Origin: an uncultured Acidimicrobiaceae bacterium
GTDB taxonomy: Bacteria > Actinomycetota > Acidimicrobiia > Acidimicrobiales > RAAP-2
Assembly: GCA_963825965.1 (NCBI GenBank)
Contig: CAWGUX010000012.1
Coordinates: 545,881-609,880 of the forward strand
DNA length: 64,000 bases
Direction of reading: 5' to 3'
In this document: piece by piece, positions 32,811 to 41,803 of the stretch
Numbering within the stretch: the stretch's first letter is position 1
How the letters are laid out: each line of letters starts with the position of its first letter
Translations under genes and position numbers: made by a program
Notes under the pieces: generated by a model
Told to the model about the DNA's origin: nothing
The model's database searches: none
What the model saw: only the letters and a program-made list of their open reading frames with translations

Positions 32811-33104
32811 ATGCCTGTGCTCGAGTTCCAGTTCGACGTCGGCGAAGCCGAGCACCATGAGGTCGAGTTCCGGTTCAACCGAACCTGGGGCCCGCTCAGG
32901 ATCTCGGTCGACGACCAGCCCGTGGTCAAGAAGTTCGAGATGTTCCGCTGGTCGACGACCGAGCGCTTCGAGCTGACCGTGGGCGAGACGGAGCGTCACG
33001 CCGTCGTGATCGAAAAGAGGCGCAAGCGTTGGGTGGGCGGGTTCTTCCCCCATCAATGCGTCGCGTACGTCGACGACAACGAGGTCGGCCGCTACCAGGG
33101 GTAG
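32811..33104 (+). CDS. hypothetical small protein (97 aa)
   Basis: ATG at 32811 is preceded by agaggagga. MPVLEFQFDVGEAEHHEVEFRFNRTWGPLRISVDD.... No family was recognised. Confidence 0.45.
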   Translation: MPVLEFQFDVGEAEHHEVEFRFNRTWGPLRISVDDQPVVKKFEMFRWSTTERFELTVGETERHAVVIEKRRKRWVGGFFPHQCVAYVDDNEVGRYQG

Positions 33105-33182
33105 CGCGCACGAGCGCAGGAGGGCCTCGTGTCTGCCGCGCATGCGGTCCCGCCAGGCGCCGGCCACACCGTGGCGCCGGGC

Positions 33183-33863
33183 TCAGCGCGCGAAGGAACT
33201 CGACCAATGGCGCCACCTGGTTGCTGACGATGGCGTCGACACCGCCGGCCAGCACGCGGGCCATGTCCGGCTCGGTGTCCACCGTCCAGGTCGACACCTT
33301 GCGTCCGGCCTCGTGCACGCGGCCGACGCCCTCGGCGGTGACGAAGGCGAACATCGGGTTCCAGTACTCGGCGCCGAATTCGCGGCAGGAGCGCCAGCGG
33401 CGGCTCCGTCCCTTCGGTCCAGGTGAGCCCGAGGCGCGCCTCGGCCGAGAGCTCCCGGAGCGCGCGCAGCGCCGCCACGTTGCCCGTGACGAAGAGCGAA
33501 CGGCCGAGCGCTCCCGCGTCTCGGACCGCGGCGAGGGCGCCCGTGACCACCTCGCGGCGGGTGAAGTCGACCATGAGCGGCAGCGTCACGCATGCGAGGA
33601 CGTCGCGCAGCAGTGGAGATGCGGACGTCGCCCGCACCGAGAGCCGCCACCTCGGGCCACTCGAGATCCCCGACCGACGCGTCGAGGCCCCACAAGCGCT
33701 CGAGCGTCTGGTCGTGCAGGACGACGATCTCGCCGTCACGCGTTCGACGAAGGTCGAGCTCGACCATGTCGGCCCCCAGTGCCGCGGCCGCGGCGAACGC
33801 CGGCAGTGTGTTCTCCCGCTCGCGCACCGGATCGCCCCGGTGCGCGATGGCGAGGGCGGTCAC
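33183..33863 (-). pseudogene. glycerophosphodiester phosphodiesterase family protein, about three frame breaks
   Basis: N-terminus LAIAHRGDPVRERENTLPAFAAAAALGADMVELDLRRTRDGEIVVLHD (ORF 33183..33863). The middle part is in ORF 33092..33739 and the C-terminal part EGVGRVHEAGRKVSTWTVD...GVDAIVSNQ is in ORF 32926..33354. The GTG start overlaps the MFS stop. Confidence 0.75.
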
Positions 33864-35137
33864 GGCACGGGCTGCTCAGGGGAGGAGCGCACGCGCTGGG
33901 CGACCCGACGGGTACGTCGCGTGTCCTCGATGCTCTTGAGGAGTGGGCGAGCGAGAAGGAGAGCGATGGCACACTCCGCGATGCCCGCCAACACGAGCGG
34001 CACCCTGACGCCCCACGCTCCGGCGATGGCGCCGGCCGTGAGCGCGCCGATCGGCGCTGCTCCCCAGACGAGGCCACGCCAGGCGCCACCCACCCGGCCC
34101 ATCAGGTCGTCGGGGGTCATGCGCTGGCGAAGGGACATGGCCACGACGGATCCGGTGCCGACGGCGAGGCCCACGACGGCGAATGCCGGCCCGGCCAGCT
34201 CCCAGCTCTTCGCCGACGCCATCACCAGGTAGCCGACGCCCGACGCCATGGCGGCAGCGATGAGCGAGCGCGCCCCGCCGAAGCGCCGCGCGATGCCGTC
34301 CGCCAGGAAGCTGCCGAGGAGGGCACCCGCGGCTCCCGCCGCCAGGAAGACGCCATAGGCGCCCTGAGAGACACCCCATTTGGTGGTCGCGAGGAGGACC
34401 AGCACCCCGCTCTCCATTCCCTGCAGTCCCGCCAGGGAGGCCACGAGGAACAGCAGGACGCGTAACCGCCGGTCCACGAACAAGAGCCGGACGCCCTCGA
34501 CCATGGAGGGCGACGACGCCGGGGCAGTGTCCTCGGGTGTCGGTTCCTTGGAGCGAAATCCGACGAAAGGGATGCACGAGGCCACGAGCATGAAGCCGTC
34601 AACTACGAAGGGCAGCGACTTGGCGGCCGAGAAGAGCACAGTCCCGACGACCGGACCCGCCAGGTTCTCGGTGCCCGCTTCAGTGCCGCTGAGAATCCCG
34701 TTCGCCTGCTCGAGGTCACGGGTGTCGACGAAGCCGGGCGCCATCGCCTGCACCGAGGAGTAGTAGATGGCCCGTCCGCTGGCATTGAGCAGCACAATGA
34801 CGATGAGGAGCGCCAGTGAGATCCGGTAGTGAACGATCAACGCAGCGGCGGCGAGCATCGCGACCGCTCGCAGAGCGTTGGTGAGGGCGATGACGCGGCT
34901 CCGATCGGCGCGGTCGGCCAAGTGGCCCGCCGGCAACGCCAGGAGGAGCCACGGCAGCGTGTCGGCCGCCGCGATCGTCGACACGGCGAAGGGGTGCGGA
35001 TCGACAAAGACGGCGAGGAGGGGGACCGCGCCGTACGCGAGTCCATCGCCCGAGCTGGCCAGCGCGAAACCGGACCACATGCGGGCGAACGAGCGGCCCA
35101 GCCGTCGCCGGTGTACAGCGACGCGTCGCTGTCTCAT
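33860..35137 (-). CDS. MFS transporter
   Basis: Intact 425 aa with about 12 hydrophobic segments. ...LPAGHLADRADR... is a loop typical of MFS proteins. Confidence 0.8.
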   Translation of the reverse strand: MRQRRVAVHRRRLGRSFARMWSGFALASSGDGLAYGAVPLLAVFVDPHPFAVSTIAAADTLPWLLLALPAGHLADRADRSRVIALTNALRAVAMLAAAALIVHYRISLALLIVIVLLNASGRAIYYSSVQAMAPGFVDTRDLEQANGILSGTEAGTENLAGPVVGTVLFSAAKSLPFVVDGFMLVASCIPFVGFRSKEPTPEDTAPASSPSMVEGVRLLFVDRRLRVLLFLVASLAGLQGMESGVLVLLATTKWGVSQGAYGVFLAAGAAGALLGSFLADGIARRFGGARSLIAAAMASGVGYLVMASAKSWELAGPAFAVVGLAVGTGSVVAMSLRQRMTPDDLMGRVGGAWRGLVWGAAPIGALTAGAIAGAWGVRVPLVLAGIAECAIALLLARPLLKSIEDTRRTRRVAQRVRSSPEQPVP

Positions 35138-35633
35138 CGCGAGTTCCCGCCATTCACGGCGGACAGACTCGCACGCAGCATTACCGGCGGCGAGGGATGC
35201 ACCGGCCGGCCACGGTCGAAAGAGCTACAACTCCAGTGCACTGCAAACGCCTGACTCGACAGCGGAGGGGGCCGCCCTCGCGATGCCACGCACCGCTAAA
35301 GGCGGCGCCCCGCCGTGCCGATACTGACAGCGCAGACCCCCGAGGGTATTCGGGGACGCAGCGATGCCGTTGTACAAGTAGCAGCGGCCCTAGTGGCCGC
35401 GAAGCAATGACGGGTTATGGCCGTTTGACCGTCTCACCCGTCATTCGATTTACCTCCACTTCATCGCGCCACCTCCCTCGCTCTCGGCACCGAAGGGATC
35501 TGGGGGAGGCTCTGCTCGGTTGCGCGCTGCGGTACCTCTCCATTCCCTATCCACAAGTTTTGCCCAACTGCAACCGGTTAGCAACCGAGCCTTGGGCGAG
35601 CGTTGATCCCCGGCGGGCGACGGTGTCCTGGCG

Positions 35634-35669
35634 AACGACCCTGCAATCCAAGTTGCAGGGTCGTTTTTT
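35634..35669 (+). terminator. canonical intrinsic terminator (13-bp stem, 6-nt loop, T6), plus-strand orientation
   Basis: AACGACCCTGCAA tccaag TTGCAGGGTCGTT followed by tttt. No plus-strand ORF lies upstream of it. Confidence 0.55.
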
Positions 35670-35813
35670 CGATGCGTGTCCGTTGACCGCTCAGGCACGA
35701 CCGACGCTCAGCGTCGGTCGGGTCAGGTGCGTCCGATCCGCTCGTGGGTCTGCGGGCTCAGCGGCGTGCGCGGAGTGCTCAGCGAAGACGACCCGAGAAG
35801 GGCACGAGCGGTC

Positions 35814-35855
35814 TGCCGGTGTGGCGAGGCGGCGCTTTGCCGGTGTGGCGAGGCG
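35814..35855. repeat. 18-bp direct repeat tgccggtgtggcgaggcg x2 separated by gcgctt
   Basis: Read directly from the sequence. It lies about 50 nt beyond the stop of the EAL gene. Confidence 0.85.
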
Positions 35856-35907
35856 TCAGGCGCGCCGGCCGGACCGGCTCAGCAGGCGCTGCAGCGGGCC
35901 CGGGGCA

Positions 35908-38623
35908 CTAGACCATGCTCCGGAATTGCTCGGAATGGCGCAGGGAGTCCTTCGTGCCCGCGTCATCCTTTCCGAGTGGCGTGAACTCGAGCATGGCGCC
36001 GCCGAGGAGCCATGCCTTGATGGTGTCAGGTGGCAGCGGCCTCGAGAGGTAGTACCCCTGGATCTGGTCGCAGCCGGCCTCGGCCAGCATGGCGCAGGTG
36101 ACCTCGTCTTCGGCTGCCCTCCGCCACGACGGTCAGGCCGAGTCGAATGCGCCATGTCGATCGACGCGCGGACGATGACCCGGTTGCTGTGCTCGTTCGG
36201 GAGATTGGTCACGAAGGAGCGGTCGATCTTGAGCTTCTTGAACGGGAAGGCGATGCAGATACGTCAGCGAGGAGTGGCCGGTGCCGTAGTCGTCGATGGC
36301 GATGCGAGACGCCGAGCCACGCCAGCTCTGTCGAGGATGCGAGTCGCCTGGATAAGGTCGGCCATGATCTCGGTCTCGGTGACTTCGAGCGTGAGGGCAC
36401 TGGGCGGGAGGCCGTGCAGCCGCAGCGGTTCCTTCGACCCGGTCGACGAGCTTGCCGTCGGCAATTCGCCGACCTGACACGTTGATGGCCAGCATTGAGA
36501 TCGAGACCCGCCCGCCGCCAGCTCGGCAGCGGCCGCGCACGCCTCGCCGAGCACGAAGTCGCTGATCTGGCTGATCATGCCCATCTGCTCCGCGATGGCG
36601 ATGAACTCGTCGGGTGGGATCGGGCCGTGTTCGGGGTGATGTCCACCGCGACAGTGCCTCGACTTGGACGATCTTGCGGCTCCGGACATCGGCGATCGGC
36701 TGGTACACGACGCTCAGTTGGGACTTCGACTCGAGGGCCTGGGTCAGCAGCCCGGTCAGAGCATCAGCTTGCGTCGCATGCTCTGGTCGTGCTCGACGGA
36801 GTAGAGCTCGACCACGCTGCGGCGCTCCTTGGCCAGGTACATGGCGATGTCCGCGCTCTGCAGGAGCAGTGCGACGTCGTCCCCGTGCATCGGCGCCAGA
36901 GCGATGCCGGCACTGGCATGTCACGGCGTGTGTCAGGCCGTCGATCTCGATGGGGTGCGCCAGCATGGCGTGCAACTCGTTGACCCGCTCGAGGGCTGAC
37001 GGCGCATCGATGACGTCTCGGTATCACGAAGGCAAACTCGTCGCCGCCCGAGCCGTGCCACTGTGACGTTGCCCGGCAGACCGCGCGCAGCAGGCGCTCG
37101 GCACCTCGCACAGGAGCCGGTCACCGATGGCATGGCCCAGGGTGTCGTTGACGTCCTTGAACCGGTCGAGGTCCATCAGGACGATGGCGACGCTGCCGCT
37201 CTCGTTGAGGCGCACTCGTGGCCCGGCGTGACGAAGAGCGATTCGGTTGGGGAGCCCGGTGAGCATGTCGTGCGTCGCCTGGTGCGACTTGCTTTCGACC
37301 TCGTAGCGCAGTTCTTCGACGAGGCGTGCCCGCTCCAGGTTGGCGCTGGCATGCGCGACGAGCGTCTCGAAGAGGCGGAGATCGTCCTCGTCGAAGCCGT
37401 CGAGCTCCTCGTCGCGATCGATGGCGACGATCGCGCCGATCGCCGTGTTCTGATTGACGAGCGGGGCCACGATCGCAGCCGCGTATCGCCCGACCATCGG
37501 GTCGTTCGCTGCTCCCGTGATGTCGGGCGGTCGGACTGATGTGCAGGGACGCAGACGCTCGGTCGATGGCCTGGGTGATGAACGATGATGCGTCAAGGTT
37601 GATGGGCTCCACCTCGGAGGCGCCGTCGGTCATTGATGCAGATCCGGCGTGGGAGTCCTGACTGGCTCGGCGAGGACGAGCTGGGCGCGACGGGCGCGCA
37701 TGACGGTGCAGACCTGGCGCAACACCTCCACGCTCATGGAGGTCGGCTCGAGGTTCGCGGTGCCGAGCGGCGCGGCTGAAGTCGTAGAGGCGCTGGAGCG
37801 AGGCAAAGCGCAGGGACAGGCGGGTGTAGCCCCGGTAGGCCGCGATGATCAACGCCGCGACGAGGAGGAGCGGCACCATCGCCCACAAGTGCACCAAGGC
37901 GTGCGTCGAGCACGACGATGGCCAGGCAGACGCTCGCCGGCCAGGAACATCGAATGGGTCATGATTTGCGAACCGGTGCGGCGCTCGGGGTCTGGCCGTT
38001 CAGCCTGGTCACGACCCGGAAGTTGAGCGTCGCCAGCAGCTCCTACGTGCAGGGCGGCGACGGCGACGGCAGCCCAGCCGCCAAACTCACCGGCGCTGTG
38101 GCTCCGGCAGGAGCTCCCGGAAGACGACGCGTGGCAACCGCCACCGCAGGGCGGTCGACGCCGGGTTGAAGAAGACTCTGATCAACGGCGACCGGTAGGA
38201 TCACGACAAAGACGACGGTCTCGCTGATGGCGCATCCCAACACGAGCAACGAGGGCCGGAGGAAGACGAGTCCCATGACCAACGGGACCCCTCGAGGGCG
38301 ATCATGCCCGTGTTGCCCCGATGGTGCACCGAGACCGTTGCCCAGTTCGCGGCCGCCCACAGCACGCAGAACGCGGCGAACATCTCCGCTTGCGGGACAA
38401 GGGTCTTTATGGCCGACCGCGCCGTGAGAGGGCCCCAGAGGACCAGTGCGACGGCGCCGAGGGCAAGCGCCGACGAGTAGGCGAAGATGGCACGTGGTGA
38501 CCCAGCGGGACCGGCTCCGGGCCCCCCGCGGTGTCCGTCGCCTCCCCCGTGGTCGGCTACCGAGGTGGCTGGGGACGGCTGGGGGTGGACGGTCCCGTCG
38601 TCAAGAACCTTCGTCGAGTCCAT
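35908..38623 (-). pseudogene. membrane-anchored GAF-GGDEF-EAL (c-di-GMP turnover) protein, heavily fragmented (a dozen or more frame breaks)
   Basis: The pieces lie in many minus-strand ORFs. There is an N-terminal TM region (ORFs 38201..38680, 38043..38360, 37121..37897). The GAF end and GGDEF start are LTGLPNR...DLDRFKDVNDTLGH (37024..37596). RLGGDEFAFV is legible around 37030. The EAL pieces are VYQPIADVRSRKIVQVEALSRW, LTLEVTETEI, RIAIDDYGTGHSSLTYL, KIDRSFV and DQIQGYYLSRP. Confidence 0.8.
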
Positions 38624-38916
38624 GGAGCCCACCGGTCGTCCACCGCGCTCACGAGTGGCCCCTGCGCCCTCTGATTGCACTGCGAAAATGTCGGCAGGAA
38701 TTGAGCTTGACTTGAGATGGGGCGCCCGCCTGACGGGGTGGGGGCCCTGCCTGCGGGGTCACGAGGTCCCAGCAGGCGTTTCGACGGCCTCAGCTGGCTT
38801 TCAATGGGGGTGTAGGCGCCGGCCCGGGCTTCCTCGGGGTGTCACGGCTGGCACCCGCACGGGCATTGCACGGGACCGGCAGCCCCCGATCCCGGGGTCT
38901 TGACTGCTTCTTGCTC

Positions 38917-40564
38917 TTAGGCGTTGCCGGCGTAGACGGCTCCGGCCACGTTGGCGATGATCTGGTTCAGGGCCGGCTCAATGAGGTTGTCCACCGCCGC
39001 CTGGGTGATGTGCACCCCGTCGGCGGCCCGGGCCGGGATCCCGTCGACCACGCGAGGCGTACGTCCCGCCCGGGTCGAGCACGGTGTAGAGGTCGTCGAT
39101 CGAGACGTAGGGGAACTGCGGCGGCGACCGCCTCGACGATCTGGTTGTAGGCGTCGACCAGGTTGGAGGGCGTCCCGTCGTCGAAGTACGGCGAGGTCGA
39201 GAGGATCACGGCGCCGCCGTCGGAGTGGGCGATCTGCACCGCCTGGGCCAGGTTCGACTCGATGTACGCCGAATAGCCGGCGTCGGCCAGCGACTGGTAG
39301 CTCCCGTTGAAGAGGCGGTCCTGTGTCTCCCAGTACCCGGTCTGAATCACCGTCACGTCGGGGTGGAAGCGCGAGACGACCCACTGGAGCTGCGACGCCC
39401 ACAGCGTGCAGGCCAGCGGGCTGATGTAGGCTCGCCGTGGGATCGGCCCAGGGCAAGGTCGGCGCGCCGTCGGTGAAGCCGCAGCCCGCCGCCGCGCCGT
39501 CGTCGACGAAGTAGGGCGGGGACGTCCCCTGCATGTAATGACCCTCGTAGAGCGACAAGGAGTCGCCGGCGAAGGCGACGCGCAGGCCGCCCTGGTGGGT
39601 GGCCTGCGGGCCCGGGCGCGTCGTTGATGATGCTCACGACGGGCGGGATCGGTGAGGAGAGGGGCTGGGGGAACAGCGGTGGGTGCAGCGGCGACTGCGC
39701 GCTCCCCGAGAACCCGGCGTCGCCGAAGGTGAAGACGCCGGCGTCCTGTCCGACCAGCCAGTATCCACCGCCGTCGGGCGTGGCGGCCATGCCGACGATC
39801 GGCTTGTTGAGCACGAGGCTCGCCCGTCGAGCCCAAGAACGGCGCGTCGCCGAACGTGAAGATGCCGCCGTCGGAGGCGACCAGCCAGTAGCCGCCGCCG
39901 TCGAGCGGTGGCGGCCATGCCGACGACCGGCTTGTTGAGCGCGATGCTCCCCGTCGAGCCGAAGAACCGCGCGTCGCCGAAGGCGAAGATGCCGCCGTCG
40001 GAGGCGACCAGCCAGTACCCGCCGCCGTCGGGCGTGGCGGCCATGCCGACGATCGGCTTGTTGAGCGCCATGCTCCCCGTCGAGCCGAAGAACTGCGCGT
40101 CGCCGTAGGTGAAGATGCCGCCGTCGGAGGCGACGAGCCAGTACCCGCCGCCGTCGGGCGTCGGCGCCATGCCGACCACCGGCTTGTTGAGCGGGAGGCC
40201 GCCCGCCGATCCCCAGAACGGCGCGTTGCCGAACGTGAAGATGCCGCCGTCGGAGGCGACCAGCCAGTACCCGCCGGCGGGGTCCGCCGCGCTGCCGACG
40301 ATCGGCTTTTGCAGCGGCACCTCGAGGGCGTCGCCGTCGTAGCCCGCCCCGCCGAAGGTCATCACGCCGCCGGACGGCGTCGACGATGGCGTAGGTCGAG
40401 TCGGTCGGCGGTGGTGCGCCCCTGCCGCGCCCGCGCGTCGGCCGTCCGTCACCGGGCCGTCCGGCCGGCGCGACGGACAACAGCACCGACAACGAGCAAG
40501 CCCGTCACGGCCACGACGGCACGGCGGCTCGCCCGCCAGGTCCCCGATCCCGCGTGCCCGGCAT
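38917..40564 (-). pseudogene. secreted or anchored protein with six ~40-aa repeats followed by an SGNH/GDSL hydrolase domain; multiple frame breaks
   Basis: N-terminal anchor [17 protein letters not shown]. The repeat unit is [39 protein letters not shown]. The hydrolase part reads [17 protein letters not shown]...VIQTGYWE...GAVILSTSPYF...ADGVHIT, and the protein ends ...AGAVYAGNA. The pieces lie in ORFs 39634..41169, 39353..40492, 38967..39836 and 38917..39558. Confidence 0.7.
39700..40375. repeat. in-frame approximately 120-bp tandem coding repeats (about 6 units)
   Basis: Near-identical successive units are visible on both strands. For example, plus-strand ORFs 39908..40108 and 40109..40342 translate to the same ...[20 protein letters not shown]... 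pattern. Confidence 0.85.
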
Positions 40565-40763
40565 GAGCCCACGATTGTAGGGAGGACCGCCTGGCGAACG
40601 GCGCGCCCCGGCCGCGCCGGGCCAGCGGCAGCGCAGCTCAGAGCAGGCGAAGCTGCTGCCCGTCCTCCTGCGGCGCCGCCGACGGCGTCGGCCGGGCCGG
40701 CTCCGTGCGTCGGCGGCCGGTCGGCGGTCCCTGCCTTCGTGCCTCGGTAGCGGTCGCGCCCGG

Positions 40764-41704
40764 TCACGCCCGCAGCGCAGCGCCGCGGCCCGGCACGATC
40801 GCCTCGACCCGCTCGCGTGCCTCGTCGTCCTGGTACGCGCCGCGCCGGAAGCGCGCCCGGTGGAGCCGGACCAGGTCGGGGCGGGCGCTGCTCGAGCCAG
40901 TCGAAGTAGTGGCCGCGCAACGGGCCCCGCAGGTGCAGGGCCACCCCGCCGATGGAGACCGCGCCGGCCGCCGCGCAGGCCTCGACGACCTCGCGCAGCT
41001 GGGCCTCGGAGTCCGAGAGGCCGGGCAGGACGGGCGCCACCAGCACCCCGCAGGGGATGCCGAGGGCGGTCAGGCGCCGGAGGGCCTCAACCCGCCGGTC
41101 CGGCGGGGGCGTCCCCGGCTCGGTCAGCCGCCAGACGTCGCGGTCGAGCGTCCCGATCGAGAAGTTCACCGTCCACGTCGGTGCGCTCGCACGCGGCGGC
41201 CAGCAACGCGGCGTCGCGCAGGATGAGCGTCGACTTGGTCAAGATGCTGAAGGGGTTGCGCGCCGCCGAGAGCGTCTCGACGATGCCCCGGGTCAGGTGG
41301 TACTTGCCCTCGGCGTGCTGGTAGGGGTCGGTGTTGGTGCCCATGGCGATGTGGTCGCCGCCCCACTTGGGCGAGCGCAGCTCGGCGCGCAGCCGCTCGA
41401 CGGCATTGACCTTGACGACGATCTTGCGCTCGAAGTCGGTCCCGATGCCGAGTCCGAGGTAGTCGTGCGTCGGCCGGGCGAAGCAGTACACGCACGCGTG
41501 GCTGCACCCTCGATACGGGTTGATCGTGTGCCGGAAGGGCATCAGGCTCTCCGGCGGCACCGTGTTGATGATCGTCCGGGCGTTGACGTGGAGGAACTCC
41601 ATCCCGGCGTACGCGCCCTTGCCGACATGGCGCTCGGCCACCCGCTCGTCGGGGAACAGCGTGCCCCCCTCCTCGCTCTCCGCCAGGGTCCACCGGAGTG
41701 CCAT
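40764..41704 (-). pseudogene. radical SAM protein of the SplB-like / mycobacterial Rv2578c-like family, two frame breaks
   Basis: NPYRGCSHACVYCFARPTH (CxxxCxxC) is in ORF 41087..41725. It continues as [24 protein letters not shown]...[17 protein letters not shown] in ORF 39634..41169. The tail [30 protein letters not shown] is in a third frame, with the stop at 40764-40766. Confidence 0.75.
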
Positions 41705-41718
41705 GCGGGCTACGATAG

Positions 41719-41732
41719 CGAACATATGTTCG
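41719..41732. promoter_or_regulatory. LexA (SOS) box CGAACatatGTTCG
   Basis: A perfect 14-bp palindrome matching the Gram-positive/actinobacterial GAAC-N4-GTTC consensus. It lies 15 nt upstream of the radical-SAM ATG (41704) and 72 nt upstream of the ftsK GTG (41804). Confidence 0.6.
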
Positions 41733-41803
41733 TAAACAACGGGCGGCAGCGGGTCGGGGTGTCCGCAAAAATCACCAGGTCAGGCAGTAGTCTCAGCCTC
41801 ACT

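Noticed and set aside
35197-36477. 426-aa plus-strand ORF spanning the non-coding region
   Set aside because: Its first part crosses stop-poor but non-coding-looking DNA with no third-position GC bias. The rest is antisense to the EAL domain, whose motifs are unambiguous on the minus strand.
39700-40375. A regular tandem array that might be taken for a CRISPR or satellite repeat
   Set aside because: The period is about 120 bp with no unique spacers. The units are in frame and encode a conserved 40-aa protein repeat, and no cas genes are present.
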